Below, one piece after another: positions 60,101-62,391 of a stretch of 62,391 nt of DNA. The position numbers and the translations under genes are program-made. The stretch comes from an uncultured Gammaproteobacteria bacterium (GTDB lineage Bacteria > Patescibacteriota > Microgenomatia > UBA10105 > UBA927), in assembly GCA_964609895.1 (NCBI GenBank), contig CAZSTG010000006.1:423-62813 (forward strand), given 5' to 3'. Numbering within the stretch: the stretch's first letter is position 1; each line of letters opens with the position of its first letter. The notes under the pieces were generated by a model that did not search any database, was not told where the DNA came from, and was given only the letters and a program-made list of their open reading frames with translations.

Positions 60101-62391
60101 ACAATTGGTCGATAACGAGGGTGAAAAACTGGATACGCCGGATGAACTCAGGCATGCGCTGTCAACATCCCGTAATGACGGAACATTTATCATCTATCTG
60201 AACACCCAGACCGGCCAAATCAACATAATCAACTCCACCCGTCAGGCTGTCATGGCTGACGGATCTTTGTATAACACGCTACTGCAGCGCGACAAGGAAC
60301 ATCCGATGCAGGGCGCGCAGATTGCTCTTGAGGAAATGTTCGGCACCACTATCGATGAACCAATGGTGACAGACCGGTATTTCCTGAAAACTCTGGTTGA
60401 CCAGCTATTTCCGGAAGGCATATCCGTCACTGTCTCCCATGACATGATTCGGCAGGACAACGGGGATGTTGTGTTTACCAAGGGGACACATGTTATGAAC
60501 GGGAATCAGCTCATGGATTACGTCACCGTTAGGAAAATCAATGGAGAGAGCGAGTTCAATCGACAGATCCGTGGCGCGCAAGTGATCGGGATGGTGCTGC
60601 AAGAAATGACAAAACAGGATTTGGGGACACTGATGACTACCGTTGCCCAAATTATGGAAGCCAGTGCGACAGACGGCGGACAATTTATCACCATGAATGA
60701 CTTATGCGGGGTGAACGGAACAGAAAACACCATAGAGACCATGTCTCACCGATTTCAGTTCCTGCAGGATGCGAGTGTATTTACCGACATGGAACGGTTC
60801 GAGAATCAGTTCGCGTTGAATTACAATTTTCTGCATCCGGATATGATCGTACTTGAGCCAAGCGATGCGATTAAAAACTGGCAGCTTTTGTCGTATGCCG
60901 GCGGTCTGTTTGATGTATCCATCACGCCGATGGGTGTCTACACATCCGCAACGCAAGTTCCGAATTATACCGGTCCGCATGCGGAGAATTTTTATGTTGT
61001 GACACAGAATTCCATAGAGGAAACCCAAAGTATCGGATTCAGTACATTGCCGGATCGTGCGGTTTCGTATTTTGAAAATATCCGCGCAATTGCAAATAAC
61101 CTAGTTGCCGACAGCGTCAAGACAATCAACACTTCAACCATTCCGGTTCCCATTACCAATAGTGCGGCTCAGTCGAATGCTCCTGCGGTGACGGAAACGC
61201 CCGCGGCGGTTGCTCAAGCTCAAGTATCGTCAGGAGATATCTTTATGCAGCCGGTAGTATATGTTATGAATGTAGCAACTCCATATCCCGGTGTTGCACA
61301 AAGCAGTGTTGTGCCGGACGGTCGGATATTTACTCAACCTGATGAATGGTTGCCTGTTGCGGAAGAGGATTTGCCGTCTTCAGGACTACTGCGGTCACCT
61401 GATGCCTATCTGGACACCATTGCTTGGTTTCATGTTGAAACATCCACCCGATATGCCATTACTGCAGATGGAATGACAAACTGCAATATTTACGTTTGGG
61501 ACATAACCAGAGCCATGGGTGTGGAATTGCCGAGATATTATAATGGTGACAAAACACGTGCTTCTTGGCTATTTAACTGGTTAACCGGTGAAGGCGCACA
61601 ACAGTTTGGTTGGACTGCAGGTTCCGGTCAGGATGTCGGATGGAGGGAAATAAGCGCTGAAGATGCACAAAATGAGGCAAACAAAGGCAATCCGACTATC
61701 GCCATCATGGGGCCGGAAGGATATATCGGGCATGTTGCTATGGTTATTCCCGGCACGCTGACCACTGTTGATGGGGTGCAATATCCGACCATTTCTCAAG
61801 CGGGACGGGTCAATTTTACCGGTCAGAGCGCATACGAAGGATTTAAAAATCTCATTCAATCAACCAATCAGCCTATCCGTTATTTCGTCAATGATGGAAG
61901 ATATATATTGACAGATTCTGATCAGGCGGCTGTCCCTGCGTCCAATGACGCAGCCCAACAGCAGGCGAATCAATCAACATCCAACTATACATTTAATGAA
62001 GATAAATCAGAAACATCGTTTTTGGCCTCAAATACCATGCAGGATCGGCTTTTCTGGGTAAGAAGTTCATTTGCCAAGATGTTCGACGCTGCTTCGTCAC
62101 TGCCATTATCACCCGTAGAACAGCAGGCGGAAAAAATAATTACACCTCTGGCAAAGACAATTGCAGACAGTGAAAACGACCAGTGTATTTTTGGTTCTCT
62201 TCTTATTCATCCAGTATTTGCACAAGGGGTAGGGAAGCCGTGCAGTGGAGCAACAAAGATAGTCAAAAAGATAAGCGGGCTGACAGTGAAGGCGACCGGA
62301 CGAACAGCAAGTGATGCAATGAAACTCACAGCCTACATGCCACATCGGATGATTTTTAACCAAATACGCGCATCTGATCAGGTAAATACGT
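30156..62391 (+). CDS. giant multi-domain envelope/effector protein, 5' end present, 3' end beyond the window (at least 10,745 codons)
   Basis: - Reading codons from ATG 30156 (position mod 3 = 0), I found no TAA/TAG/TGA up to the window end. That is 32,236 nt, or 10,745 codons plus 1 nt.
- The ORF track has no + strand entry in this frame anywhere in 30-62 kb. It lists only short ORFs in the other five frames, as expected if an unterminated ORF was not reported.
- Every motif I located (31251, 38217, 44163, 50670, 51081, 54561, 54891, 61482, 61731) lies in this same frame.
- There is an in-frame stop at 30066. An alternative ATG lies at 30087. Confidence 0.9.
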   Translation, partial: MTTYIRNHSVRHGFIQIIPMVVLAVIAVTTFITIGNLEKQQDIRSRAAGGTCTQKTSAGSCRNVKCASYSARSECGASCCTWVADTKAPTKTPTKTPTKAPTKTPTKTPTKTPTKAPTKTPTKTPTKTPTKTPTKTPTRTPTMSAACAGLNQSCANKSCCSPNACATSPYGKYCVAPKKTPDCTSGQTKCQTEGSVSYQYTCDAAAGIFDYGSRKRCTNGCSGTKCAAETTVTCIAGKVQCNPTRVNELQTCIKRSDGSYTWMTTSCPNGCKNAACVTTTAATCTANEDSTLTARECTTRGRTYRTLPDGKICCMRVPTKTPTKTSTKTPTKKPTTAQKSTGAVSPKPTVTSKTTTPVQSNGSLAIGDTCVTGFLGIGNTCKKCPNGVYHVVGRSGAGGTLVCGPAPTVTGTPKTSPTKSTTANVSSSTTPSPFIGIGAGVPVLLPTGTEFGFGVNVGAPKTCSLFKPCGKDASGTKLHCEKGICIVPTASPTKAPNTAPTPASSKALSVGDTCTKGFLGIGNTCKNCPNGTYYVSQRSGSGGTLKCGSVSTTPVISSTVAPTRSSVTPSPTILIDQPTYRTCVAECNTTYKTENTSEEKTACIDSCKTLQSTADASGASGASGSTGASGATGPKPSITPIPIPTPPNFTGGNLMCSAGGGTTAKAGSFTFDAGAIYKCDGTTGKWFNVSKIGWGPEDIPEEERPAWLVPGSAEWNSYTTIAVTAPSIYTTEAKNSCSVNTTDGTIAYKDGSVAIGPYHSGSTTKNRYRCEDGRWNECETCLLTVEPVYMASDPEYIKEKEEHAATVSDAYTAYATALAACTSADVATCEAEARAKIQSYGAEYIQEVQQQYVQQAQIQNVYYPAIEAYATCLATSGNTTDTCAAERRAANVTYTTIGLGGEYYSQVNASFGSAVYNSFLNEYINMNSRADTCAENNNAVDFGDGTTCEDNTKALAALKNDPLFLYVEAQSNSWCQQPPQKYTDISCMSQAKTLANAPALANILGTVATESIATVYSEYAITSDAYNASDTELISRCETTGIGAQYTTLYGERVKNCTASAVRQALLTNVELPAGLEEQIVYGYKQNLLSQYTQATSYGDLEAASNLCEQFSTEEDCADYDKALTIIASNFKTTFSTEEQAAIGNVQQALTDAKTYAYLTDPTKCPEGSTDALCIKIVENKNKVVDSLPQSLQDQWLYQQITTLSDTDLQSFCQQSHSYYQCISPLSAVKTLSTDLSTTEMKTAVAADRASYQEMNATFTLVTTGLDSSLQTDCYERYTSESDRQTHCDPDKYREELKASLPDAIQEQAEAAFEANSDMLTEIEAQIAVVPKVRCDTQKKCETGYKCTQGFCEPKKGTIVPTPTPLSSAEQQLVIEDIAKKQTYCSNIGGESSTAQYDRSTGFCVILREGNPVPEVYDLDGRTPAASTFTGAGFTPSCNTAETYDVATNRCYLKKPLNVVIPDAQERNELKRYVNRIATCRDYALAMQYDDPATSASYDHDKKELAECQEEMTTYSLVINGVATPQQVSIKPALDDLYGDNTDLLQQNSMIQLIRDNYAEKADEYITDDYEVNIEALKKDGVYDTITKDAGLLLYHQVKNANDRWLYEKLSPDEAAHNLSYVHEMYGDDIDDTVNPVLSLTIKDGAVVSTEPVTAASGPVLTMGDGGGAGENLWPYISKMIDEVSDPDNEVYKYNLVYGSGSNSINSAFALSGNAIDFSIPYSEWKELQPSNEDLFDIAKESANEYTEKVETDWWYRNAVVVQNAVSMGAGFVTGVVFAPTGPGAYAASVAVQVGVDVVSQAVVDATTESVSERFAEKVKEASTEPNTTVTQEIATEVAENEKVANVKEWRDYLVQDLVFNVVGEGVGRLVTNKATMKLLTDSVLVSVSKDTVNTAQEAAEFFAKDLSQGGAQKILGVAADGSIREFTSLSSMELADDIVKWVPVTKQLETDAGVILKDALKQSDFLAGASQKKMIENLAKNPEVDASVFNQLKEVRSIAQNGDKSAVKMWADAAAAKKALNQPFTGVTTTAIADLDAAARAIKPDDTLILKSGEQLNLAKATNQTDYVQIVRKNGDAADVVFAGSAEEFGQKLAAGEITINPGDMVRKSQAPFLVTSGTLPVDDFTNLVNAKAFSEIDALQTKTTISKFVKLPDGNRIPVAANGVLESLTQEQRQMTKGAFVDLVTDGKVERVMLGANGEIKKLPALSKAFSRSTKGLALIKGIDIDTGKFQVGRWINEQILSETPLYNTLFEQASRHADVKNLLDTIIADKGPRQVKILDASGKELKTLLINDFDKTSADYLDAEVLSLFEKNNNVRIEIATIGTPKVPSTTLGVYVRKAADAPLVQSISLGERFAHMTEQINIARAIRSHGEQVTAGLPLTVPKTGTTTLWYNNASVSLPKDGSVRIFDAQGTILYAKDIQPGQAIPGAYLQEGNFVQISGSKLSATTKTTGVETAFRDMAEEIGTGGVRVKYADASWADVVNKTVNTVLVPGASTPRNFDQLAEHVRSLKGESAENVQEVLNKVQTTSGKIEYNGRFDTLQKKFIYDSIDPSQPVTPEVLAKLQQAGQVRITDASGNTRLFIADGGGSLAFHERILPKTETIKELVTDAKGNPVLDAAGQQVTREKYRLAVPDGKPELKEQIDAFNGLLDRFEAAYHGVDGGFYHVRKEQLELLMSPESILQLGAGSGKTTIIGPMIGAIDRKTVFALPSSSDATDFVNSIAKKTMREFYDKEGIVPVFYDNQRGFLEISENFDRTTAKKIDNATLQRLVTLADDDSATHGLMVITESSDNAWGYIRGRDGTGDLASTLLYKMNLGTSYTGGKGYTLVSDEIGAVINGQFSVTSGDPVAIKDLIDQTALMGLQDGKQILKISNEVQGGASLATFRKQVLDRIEQVRAQGCLAAGCDMSTIVEDLFYSYTKTSKNGVVYRLPIPKDEKMLLSSYEEIIGQALNNPDIPADAPIRLKFKDLQTRFGAGTEGYDVLQQELDALLRTGANQIDGSFDVNKALLADLAYRKNDLEARWFILSQVPGNSYGQEGAEIVLRRMGGTTGEQYSAISQQIALQTEGPALLTAAGLPINRTALKSVENITITPKSSQVSTVDIIRKAQKSIGYDATPDTAARKLGMLATGASERPPDPTKFYRSATQDDLIYQAAQAEKTAGTFNTKAHALVNIDDGVTFNTATNGYIKAYENVNVVARTKFVTDPNGGVRSEYFIEQIVRSEGGKFERIQTPLASLEDWNREVKQALEGGNPQNLLIVYEGRARAVDLKVLPESKNIKWSVMANDTNTMEDITQAFKRNRVPAQKADLINNKGWNPVDVDAASEYTLLVRSNNTNLSQTNIIDHYKTVLDDMIGKTSVESRLTKIAEFQTNALEIAKKELLRNANDTEKKTITANLDALIQDAERVKQFQIQSISRIPLEGPTIGLEVWKRGQESYASLEKTLQQLTDTYKLEPAQVATLKNAFGLSDAGYISLDEFAAMWANPIKTVGEAPVGPLAEVKYFATTTTPDTMPTAFFNGSSDPSVVKTANAAPPASANTPASATRYPVTPAEKITTALAIAKKPAVTALTKTEQFELLSGYMLVKNATKALGEATRVLAQVQQQQNLLIQHIQTPKRLTAGVDMVAGLDQAGVMQRIPIAQGTVVRWTDSSGVATSKTVNQFIQTDAAVGAVTVETNGVAVTISPEEFAQLQTGAGDISPLAIQKEITAAEQAVTNAQQQIDLVAGDTTVIETAATQVVKTVLKEALGGVEPTEAVVTEALAYAGAVSLGDERGKSAFTQTVQTFINRHNGQSAQKITVAADNVVTAMTDSYHAEFVAAATQGPAKKAKTAKEQWDAFIKLLEPKRLDTATRAKLTTRLTGYAKKALGAAIPPLGVIEQLRTSKAYTDALQALWKASGKDWQAYAKKLQSVLPELAAAENDEAAVIALLQAAGSAATPLNTGSGTPAQNAAPVGQQAQPAGTTSTDTVAPQLTEVADRFSRVTAGKTLDVTTDAGKNAAQAIIDYETAAKNAYTNATPAEKEAIKDIATLEAIPAVAAARNAAYTALLTYKTSSGVLFDTLTVFDALIRPTIQTLLRTAAPAPNTTNANNTGTVVPATQPTQSTQPTNRWKNFVSAEKRVADAIYTFVNKIPVIRSMANVLPVVSQEKLAGKKLLGSLLSQSWQTAKYMISRALFPPFLVYDAIRIQHFITAHPDQLGKVALASIPVVIGVIASLLIAGLTLGVPILAAFTPFIGMFYQPFFFALGISIGFNLVTFPLFFNVFFGLTNFIPKIFKQPTMQTIIAQQDALSNAAERKNASTVLSVLRAARDEAKSAYIAALNNTHTTSVERNDLKATYEQAEHAFRTGMAKESIPVVISTIDAVTASVDVTRSQDYLDLQSVLISMKSIAQSSQSQEDTLADAGWLQEMITAIQRVRNEYGVLGKNMLTGNLYNYFISLETLVDELMKDMYGIKVDRGLTVRLEKGETVTFDSGTMQVVSNLNAATTSNSVVVQVVHPLTFTATIDRSSDSESWKETFTLNPAGVIVKNSTGTIVEENLHIDTQLPDTDIDDTQPILEVINTMPDVISRDILNNPQYEQVMKDVIQYAKAHPEQELWSLIYKAFYSKGEVSTETGYFYAGLSVEELQKLHTYNRNIVGNVPLVRGWRIEDFFGGIRTVESDPNQGPSHVGRLYLNTNYEYTARVYRAFQDKLVLAGIPVTIKMIDVLSDSAVQIDLKKAERPDKMVLYFAAKDQETVLRILDEVYQESAAYNKDIQLVLPTMRHNRAFHVGVPKLAANLYTPTAELMDGISFVQNRASVSSYGMMISDVLEVMSNEGIDITNPAVVQQNIPAYLSRYHRDSKYPFVTTEGATRFAPLMQRTTEKSVRVVRRPKAKDDAAKAFAQQAAAAEQAFAEVLQSVRGGNAFLLPEALQNASEEVWKTLLLGRAVNALIGDTITALQETNNLVWLKAVSKTLHPVSAMMKSFSETNAILDAMKTRIRYLKAEEAAAAATVVTPVADVIRTNAKTVDRPAGDPYPKITVIPESYEPVVSVKLGNVIYHLSSVHAFSDQYDFAIGYVELDGVVYARPFLRSASQGVWRSYSHEGDDNSWFGKGFNEQMLMLPLEIQNTLNALFLQETTKTGDEQAMFYGLLERGPSRAAPAMTAGDAAYQYSKEHAAPKQFPGRFTRWKANVYLDRKVAAPNSTEEEFSHIVELSWDQETPPTMQDIANAPELAWLGGIGNFKYGSSTNLDTESLLYPNPTSWTWNDSVEGKAKQPDVTTLTDKGNIDAKCAGTGCSANVYTMLSHDKTIQYIVFENSKTGEVWFGGWEDLTQPITSFGLRKQGYVNTWYGMPLSEYFKQIPWEYHADKQPDALQGTQYRSAAAFVSKLPDVVAVTDAIHAAKEAAGKTGTSLSVQPMSAIKQQKDAASKQALADLQQALKVKNASQAISVMQKVPVSILKLAKDEVAPVLQKVLNTKSDTQFKKFYTALVTGTHPLLNTFDKITTLQTVVKQLRDRMEQLNQAEIDAQTKPETPVEAYKNTPKYAEDKTLGEEVITTYLAYIRLNNATAPKDLDVMYSKITALNLHDDPYSQEVIDQAKAVVDNYRFVVEEERHCEEIRGITEKDGKFSAEVKQRINKKVQEYAAWYQVQMKKSASDRMLGDFGEKLKRFAHQGVFIWTRQQLQNSIDAIRADGITIDDLPAAQKTAKAGFASLQSYLTYLQSTFTANQLQSSEVLVAQLSKIIQTAVQFDQVFAAAKIVSAVPDLVKSIQQVQDDAKQADAARKEVQERGASIDDFTAKFKGEKNNETTRIVVVVQDAQGKEIYRGIVDHVSPSGKELPAFIAAVKTAMHEVTDGVVTVHLTGKDGKTYGMAGTMAPYDRIVGLTWFADSTEIQQTLSPQELDALQEVDAWLEQVIAQEDQQTKDAVEAELFADALARWEARQQQKEQERQVFARQQANQQKLLPAGDYASLEIPNIDTNADSIAQQTEVQTEIEKWEAKKTLMEQGNTLGEKIHGVLEAFGNRQEWRILADNTADRQAWNTLREATDAVVAALTSLQQEANNAKLDDLSTFISESIAKLRAFSDQSTHESEQQEAINTGVGVVARLWMAIDERVAWYAQEAVRAENEVILYRELLKDDAGEKNTADTERRSEFQKLAESAKLKALEAGVAAYTAEQGIKTLQTIQNVIKAYLETSIPIDEVNEQLRNTVIEEQTQKLLPAVLSSIASLQKTNINGIDVAVFQATTLSELVEAERQLTEAKTVVAALNLTSLDELLAIVEDDVETQKAAIEEIRVKKELAAAQEELETALKQLISQGEEGDQTTVLEDVSGVVKSIAPVVSAVTDNAITTITHLVEDGIVETPAVKAKKTKRADAVNKIKTTPVVVATAPSVEQIAAAQTALGALLPLREQINAIANRISNISVTEMQDVFFELTAAIQAADQADMPSEEKQKLFPSFDLIRNEIAAIQDRLTTLEQEQQTILYEMNDADYTLFASSLVSILRQLDVVEAQRQELAITTPSVAPVVPIPQIASPLLTAPDASVKTADEQRAEAQQIADAAAKQQADTAAARANEIAQKVQQIADVERQQAETAARQYQDALTTTRETQETAAARSEEEKDAQAARAQALQEEQNIPAVIQLLPAWSRSTAVAAQKLADTIGTAVAARQQNNTMISDITAGKWTKALQTLLPKLTPATDAYTKAQELLTTIADIQKLQQEAAKKKENVDTLSVTGLPQQLAKSADYLAADQAVRKYGIEEAMRRALLPKTHPDALSINMGGIMQMYGIQTIEEQFQNAIKQIPEADAQYGGPFEIVWDQLSQSPDALQLKLGNGTIIKPLAYGGNRVVFELPNGYIIKIEALRLINGFSMVQQWKSFPTSAEARVSYYRPQYQDDTRVYANNVTNNASEIAFYYSLSEEDRIRYAKPHAFGGTEGQNHFQYVIYKKADFPWKNGNNEGAFDFVNSPDQAVFNQVGQDPFVWLSTVYRQTGAPDIHTGNVGVIDGQPQMLDFLDWSLANWYLFSNVDTAVMDQLRQADSFAFVPESNQSLVLYTKDGVSYLTTLKKDGVIVVNEQPQANPMVLSKTDNPEIFVAPGVRYFYTQGAFVRAKQTGYFFKDLTEHDYVYKNSDSIVLSDGEIVRVFMDRFGQVQELSLQEGDPAAIWRLSNWKIPLADGRYLLRISSFEYIFDPTMNTIARVPLTDTAQEFLVKNGKERIIFSDGFRGVVDATPMPVSSTLGGNVYKVLDNQENTTYVFISDDAQHVEHLYTGIQYVAGTEKNKTILTVQNNELVIVQPYNTKEGMVLETGPQYWVLYSLDKVALFTSLFSSSPIYSPALFHLTNGEALVITDQKAVQGTLTYESDKLYIIKTETDTLQFIADAIWYTVNGKQFQDGEIITVHPGDFIENRRDASNPIGYVQADGTVAKTTPSAAETESTNNTEPAGVASPNESMPETLRQPLDIQQTIAVVQAVVNEYKTAHKAIPDLIAARKINELGIILAKLHPAGEVATSIGDLITTIQSMQEQTKRIGGIIAKVDEGLQYTSITDPTHPVTIPSGQFLIVPVGKTQKILYNNFGSLTEPEFYIGDEGVLFWSGYEYKFVAQDKMQLNAPFEATALSTLSTILHLTGKRNSVLLPINNGYVTDKATMTYEDIVRNIQLYKISDGELWIDGEGIQVLHNTTMQAIHGLTLVEADDLVSIIGSLDSGVIQQDGTIVWKTSSKPTSPTSSQAPQSSSETNQSVTPAVTDVVVTEVTLTTVDVRRGEIFKQVAPLTTITQAQADTWVTELQNLQKSVPETNILYTRLQEVIDFIGKKPIAVEQKKEPVVEVQQETPEQQLDKAVANLKEVVDNGGSFMNTIRAINNTFDAALHVTDPQGIGDRVFAIIQGLSKDSLEFLQHSLQGRYLELNVPKMIDRIKELLSQPASEPSPVTTEEQRLSVVDVVSSHIKTVPAVVRTADIQDWIPVYTTLSSILDGVKQYSKNFDVYHLDQFDLHANTVGKEKTPQNQTVFFEKNKEQLLQLLKEQGITRPEVGKPIDGITQEEFDTVFFPAFAESVYQVLQPAWMNWSLRAVQKETIAHPENYIVSGNPYAYISNLLKSRYAWEQPPRNQINNVVIFTIEQGIWPASDTIGQSLETEPLKERIRKNVEEDGYTLLRYLGDGTDGYVYLMKKGSLLYALKVFKKNAGAQYESSVYKRLVEAEKSGVLGNADETYLTELRADTANNYAIMPFVPSDADGLKDFFTVGEIVKISHLSYLYAQENLLWMDTKNENYRFGPADDLHIIDYGGFKSFSEATQQDKDAERGSWLTFVEKSIRQDIPESDRQVYDALWKQALSMGTDASVLSKAEFADSLTSPIFSKLPKVVQVLLLRQAGLLNAPFEWFSRDGYKDRLLDMLTIAKEQGVPQSQIPTALQGQYTEDLSKRLPSDDVITQAVKNFTTSLPSITDLRQKQAVLAPVFTAVMYALNVETESGRGLYFALQHKQPMLQPIVLTDYSEASMQDIVQKTTPYSYLGRETDPAKREAFFYVIQSLVQQLAAIYPLPNGKNDLTQDIGYIPWISHLLLISDGLQPKYFGIDGTRITTDDINKISLQTDTSIVTMNAVIQAMNPSITAWVTKILSQFAKPSYSEIEQVVQPLVDEIIAAKGWKIPADRRLLYGVAVEQVMINLAQSYNIQVPLSPAPDDKKLAAQQYVETVQKKYAADIAVELYPKTDEKTLIKEQQAVFIQLQNVIGATEDITPVAQEILRLMDKKLYDPSYNSVSRGGFITALFKQINKIQDIDRLRVIIAALQPIVTEWSDLPEVRNALQRLPDITIPPQAPKELVIDQIVASMKQSNVSNEPVVENQPVVQEVKMPVATVEEVVEKPLKTTLAETITLMMAKRLPAVWKTLSQTKQQEIVSELQQIAYAAIADAVNQSYVRDMIAGSRSKAFVTNRFSAVFEDYLQQALVETGTMTGEIPISLRTDLATLVIDEITPMVSATVTIQKPVTQKTTQPKTETSSKNDTFKQTIVARVREQIGNTLAASIVDRNEASRVYALLDALQAEGGETGAYVKKYKSTLATQIIRELLRTLTVDPEAVLTFNGTVYQKQSKGALSVSNIVWQLDPEQKTIVTIHHTDGVIDQVSMKPNAISQKTLLAYMRPLDSAVFTTASGEKIVITLTRQGGKTMDGALETPALWQQYSTSSTYTSIVSGATDDVSVNRVSAMAIEVGDDAASLVGPVVKTVANAAQNLIQKTPQTFIADIRAMLPQDIPYVVRKGIADMLQQEIAEQKITTYADAMSHVAAGTLSPSSEAILGNLGSLSSNAKEWHDALRLVIANMPESAWDPNITVVMRKTMTAILAGKLTDAKEIHELLTREETAERTVRMATLIQAIFRSYASGVNGVTLSATMAKQAVNALTQPLLSYIRPLIQTNVLDVTDMQALTAFMESHQITSATSPEMIMAMREAQVTAGGVTPFEYPAPVLRQQDVHTMLTDGMNSDIQARLEQVLAAYHQSYDGWDSIQTQKAELHDTMLHAVLQAAFTHYDQIYEKNALVELNPKKINNYLAIFAVLQPLFEDEFASMMNGMQQVGTAVVQVQGEHPEITGRDNLLDVLQQQSVFKTQYTLFSPKDMTYIAELYIDDAFVQAPITTQEAENMVQRLKNDGTLQDDIHWALENQLKQAAQAEKTAESLLLADGLVQQTVRAAILSTLQESLSDTGVGGVFHPTTKNYQTIQSVADQETTKAMQELRDLLQGNDNQYTGLVGTLAEAVRQGEEETHAYVSWNQVKEFLDKQNVLNQQTSYFSSKSLLYFAQILFEPSTLQADLATTITTKPQELPKKLQKLFHTISAQDVVRQEANKNVKTVLKFAGALSALLVGFVVTHIPLVLSFIGAVSVAFQQPSSSVPQTPSAVMEQYNPTQTDTQTATQTETQPPSTTATKENNPMYQAYQQAASVQDFLFRPLFERIVNERAARAAEEGDSFWFRITGKHEAELTKAEKDAVIQNPVISMVLFVSDGQLVDNEGEKLDTPDELRHALSTSRNDGTFIIYLNTQTGQINIINSTRQAVMADGSLYNTLLQRDKEHPMQGAQIALEEMFGTTIDEPMVTDRYFLKTLVDQLFPEGISVTVSHDMIRQDNGDVVFTKGTHVMNGNQLMDYVTVRKINGESEFNRQIRGAQVIGMVLQEMTKQDLGTLMTTVAQIMEASATDGGQFITMNDLCGVNGTENTIETMSHRFQFLQDASVFTDMERFENQFALNYNFLHPDMIVLEPSDAIKNWQLLSYAGGLFDVSITPMGVYTSATQVPNYTGPHAENFYVVTQNSIEETQSIGFSTLPDRAVSYFENIRAIANNLVADSVKTINTSTIPVPITNSAAQSNAPAVTETPAAVAQAQVSSGDIFMQPVVYVMNVATPYPGVAQSSVVPDGRIFTQPDEWLPVAEEDLPSSGLLRSPDAYLDTIAWFHVETSTRYAITADGMTNCNIYVWDITRAMGVELPRYYNGDKTRASWLFNWLTGEGAQQFGWTAGSGQDVGWREISAEDAQNEANKGNPTIAIMGPEGYIGHVAMVIPGTLTTVDGVQYPTISQAGRVNFTGQSAYEGFKNLIQSTNQPIRYFVNDGRYILTDSDQAAVPASNDAAQQQANQSTSNYTFNEDKSETSFLASNTMQDRLFWVRSSFAKMFDAASSLPLSPVEQQAEKIITPLAKTIADSENDQCIFGSLLIHPVFAQGVGKPCSGATKIVKKISGLTVKATGRTASDAMKLTAYMPHRMIFNQIRASDQVNT
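30411..30581 (+). repeat. tandem 12-nt (T-K-x-P) coding repeat, 14 units, Thr/Pro/Lys linker in the giant protein
   Basis: TKAPTKTPTKTPTKAPTKTPTKTPTKTPTKAPTKTPTKTPTKTPTKTPTKTPTRTPT. A shorter copy (VPTKTPTKTSTKTPTKKPTT) lies at about 31094-31153. Confidence 0.9.
31254..31799 (+). repeat. duplicated Cys-rich module (2 copies of about 38 aa, 432 nt apart) in the giant protein
   Basis: GDTCVTGFLGIGNTCKKCPNGVYHVVGRSGAGGTLVCG (31254-31367) versus GDTCTKGFLGIGNTCKNCPNGTYYVSQRSGSGGTLKCG (31686-31799). The copies are also clearly similar at the DNA level. A second pair of about 40-aa modules ending C.NGC...(A/K)C lies at about 30710-30975. Confidence 0.85.
38217..38660 (+). other. P-loop NTPase-like module (Walker A plus DE-type Walker B) in the giant protein
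   Basis: LQLGAGSGKTTIIGPMIGA (Walker A codons 38217-38240). About 140 aa downstream is GYTLVSDEIGAV, a hydrophobic strand followed by D-E (38655-38660). This matches SF2-helicase/SecA-DEAD-type motifs I and II. A possible arginine-finger region LLIVYEGRARAVD lies near 39930. Confidence 0.5.
42765..42985 (+). other. internal cluster of 2-4 predicted transmembrane helices in the giant protein
   Basis: VALASIPVVIGVIASLLIAGLTLGVPILAAFTPFIGMFYQPFFFALGISIGFNLVTFPLFFNVFFGLTNFI is about 70 nearly uncharged residues, inside an otherwise hydrophilic protein. Confidence 0.7.
44090..44620 (+). other. HopA1-effector-family-like segment in the giant protein
   Basis: HVGRLYLNTNYEYTARVYRAFQDKLVLAGIPVTIKMIDVL...KKAERPDKMVLYFAAKDQETVLRILDEV follows the G-R-x-Y/T-[IL]-N ... 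K ... R/x-x-D-x-x-[VI]-L-Y pattern I associate with HopA1-family proteins. This is recalled from memory, not searched. Confidence 0.35.
50598..51185 (+). other. protein-kinase-like domain 1 (APH/ABC1/RIO-style catalytic loop) in the giant protein
   Basis: LGNGTIIKPLAYGGNRVVFELPNGYIIKIE gives a Gly-rich strand plus a Lys (codon 50685). ...GAPDIHTGNVGVIDGQPQMLDFLDW gives a D-x-H-x-x-N catalytic loop (D 51090, N 51105) and a DF(G)-like metal-binding Asp (51141). Confidence 0.55.
54561..54990 (+). other. protein-kinase-like domain 2 (Hanks-type motif order) in the giant protein
   Basis: YLGDGTDGYVYLMKKGSLLYALKVFKK gives a GxGxxGxV loop (54582-54611) and the VAIK-type Lys (54645). ...LLWMDTKNENYRF gives D-x-K-x-x-N (D 54906, N 54921). 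...LHIIDYGGF gives D-[FY]-G (54960-54968). Confidence 0.6.
59650..59745 (+). other. second transmembrane segment(s) in the giant protein
   Basis: LKFAGALSALLVGFVVTHIPLVLSFIGAVSVAF forms one long or two short hydrophobic helices, followed by a Q/T/P-rich linker. Confidence 0.6.
60070..60700 (+). other. LCP (LytR-CpsA-Psr)-like domain in the giant protein
   Basis: The motif order matches LCP: SMVLFVSDG, TFIIYLNTQTGQINIINSTRQ, ALEEMFGTTIDEPMVTDRYFLKTLVDQL..GISVTV, VVFTKGTHVMNGNQLMDYVTVRKINGESEFNRQIRGAQVIGMVLQEM (compare f.kG...L.G.qAL.YvR.R....gDf.R..RQ..v). The canonical PRD arginine appears to be substituted (STRQ). Confidence 0.5.
61400..61860 (+). other. papain-fold Cys/His amidase/peptidase-like module (CHAP / NlpC-P60-like) in the giant protein
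   Basis: ADGMTNCNIYVWDITRAMG holds the candidate nucleophile Cys (codon 61482). ...NKGNPTIAIMGPEGYIGHVAMVIPG holds the candidate His (codon 61731). ...ISQAG follows. The spacing and the hydrophobic context match cell-wall amidase folds. Confidence 0.5.
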
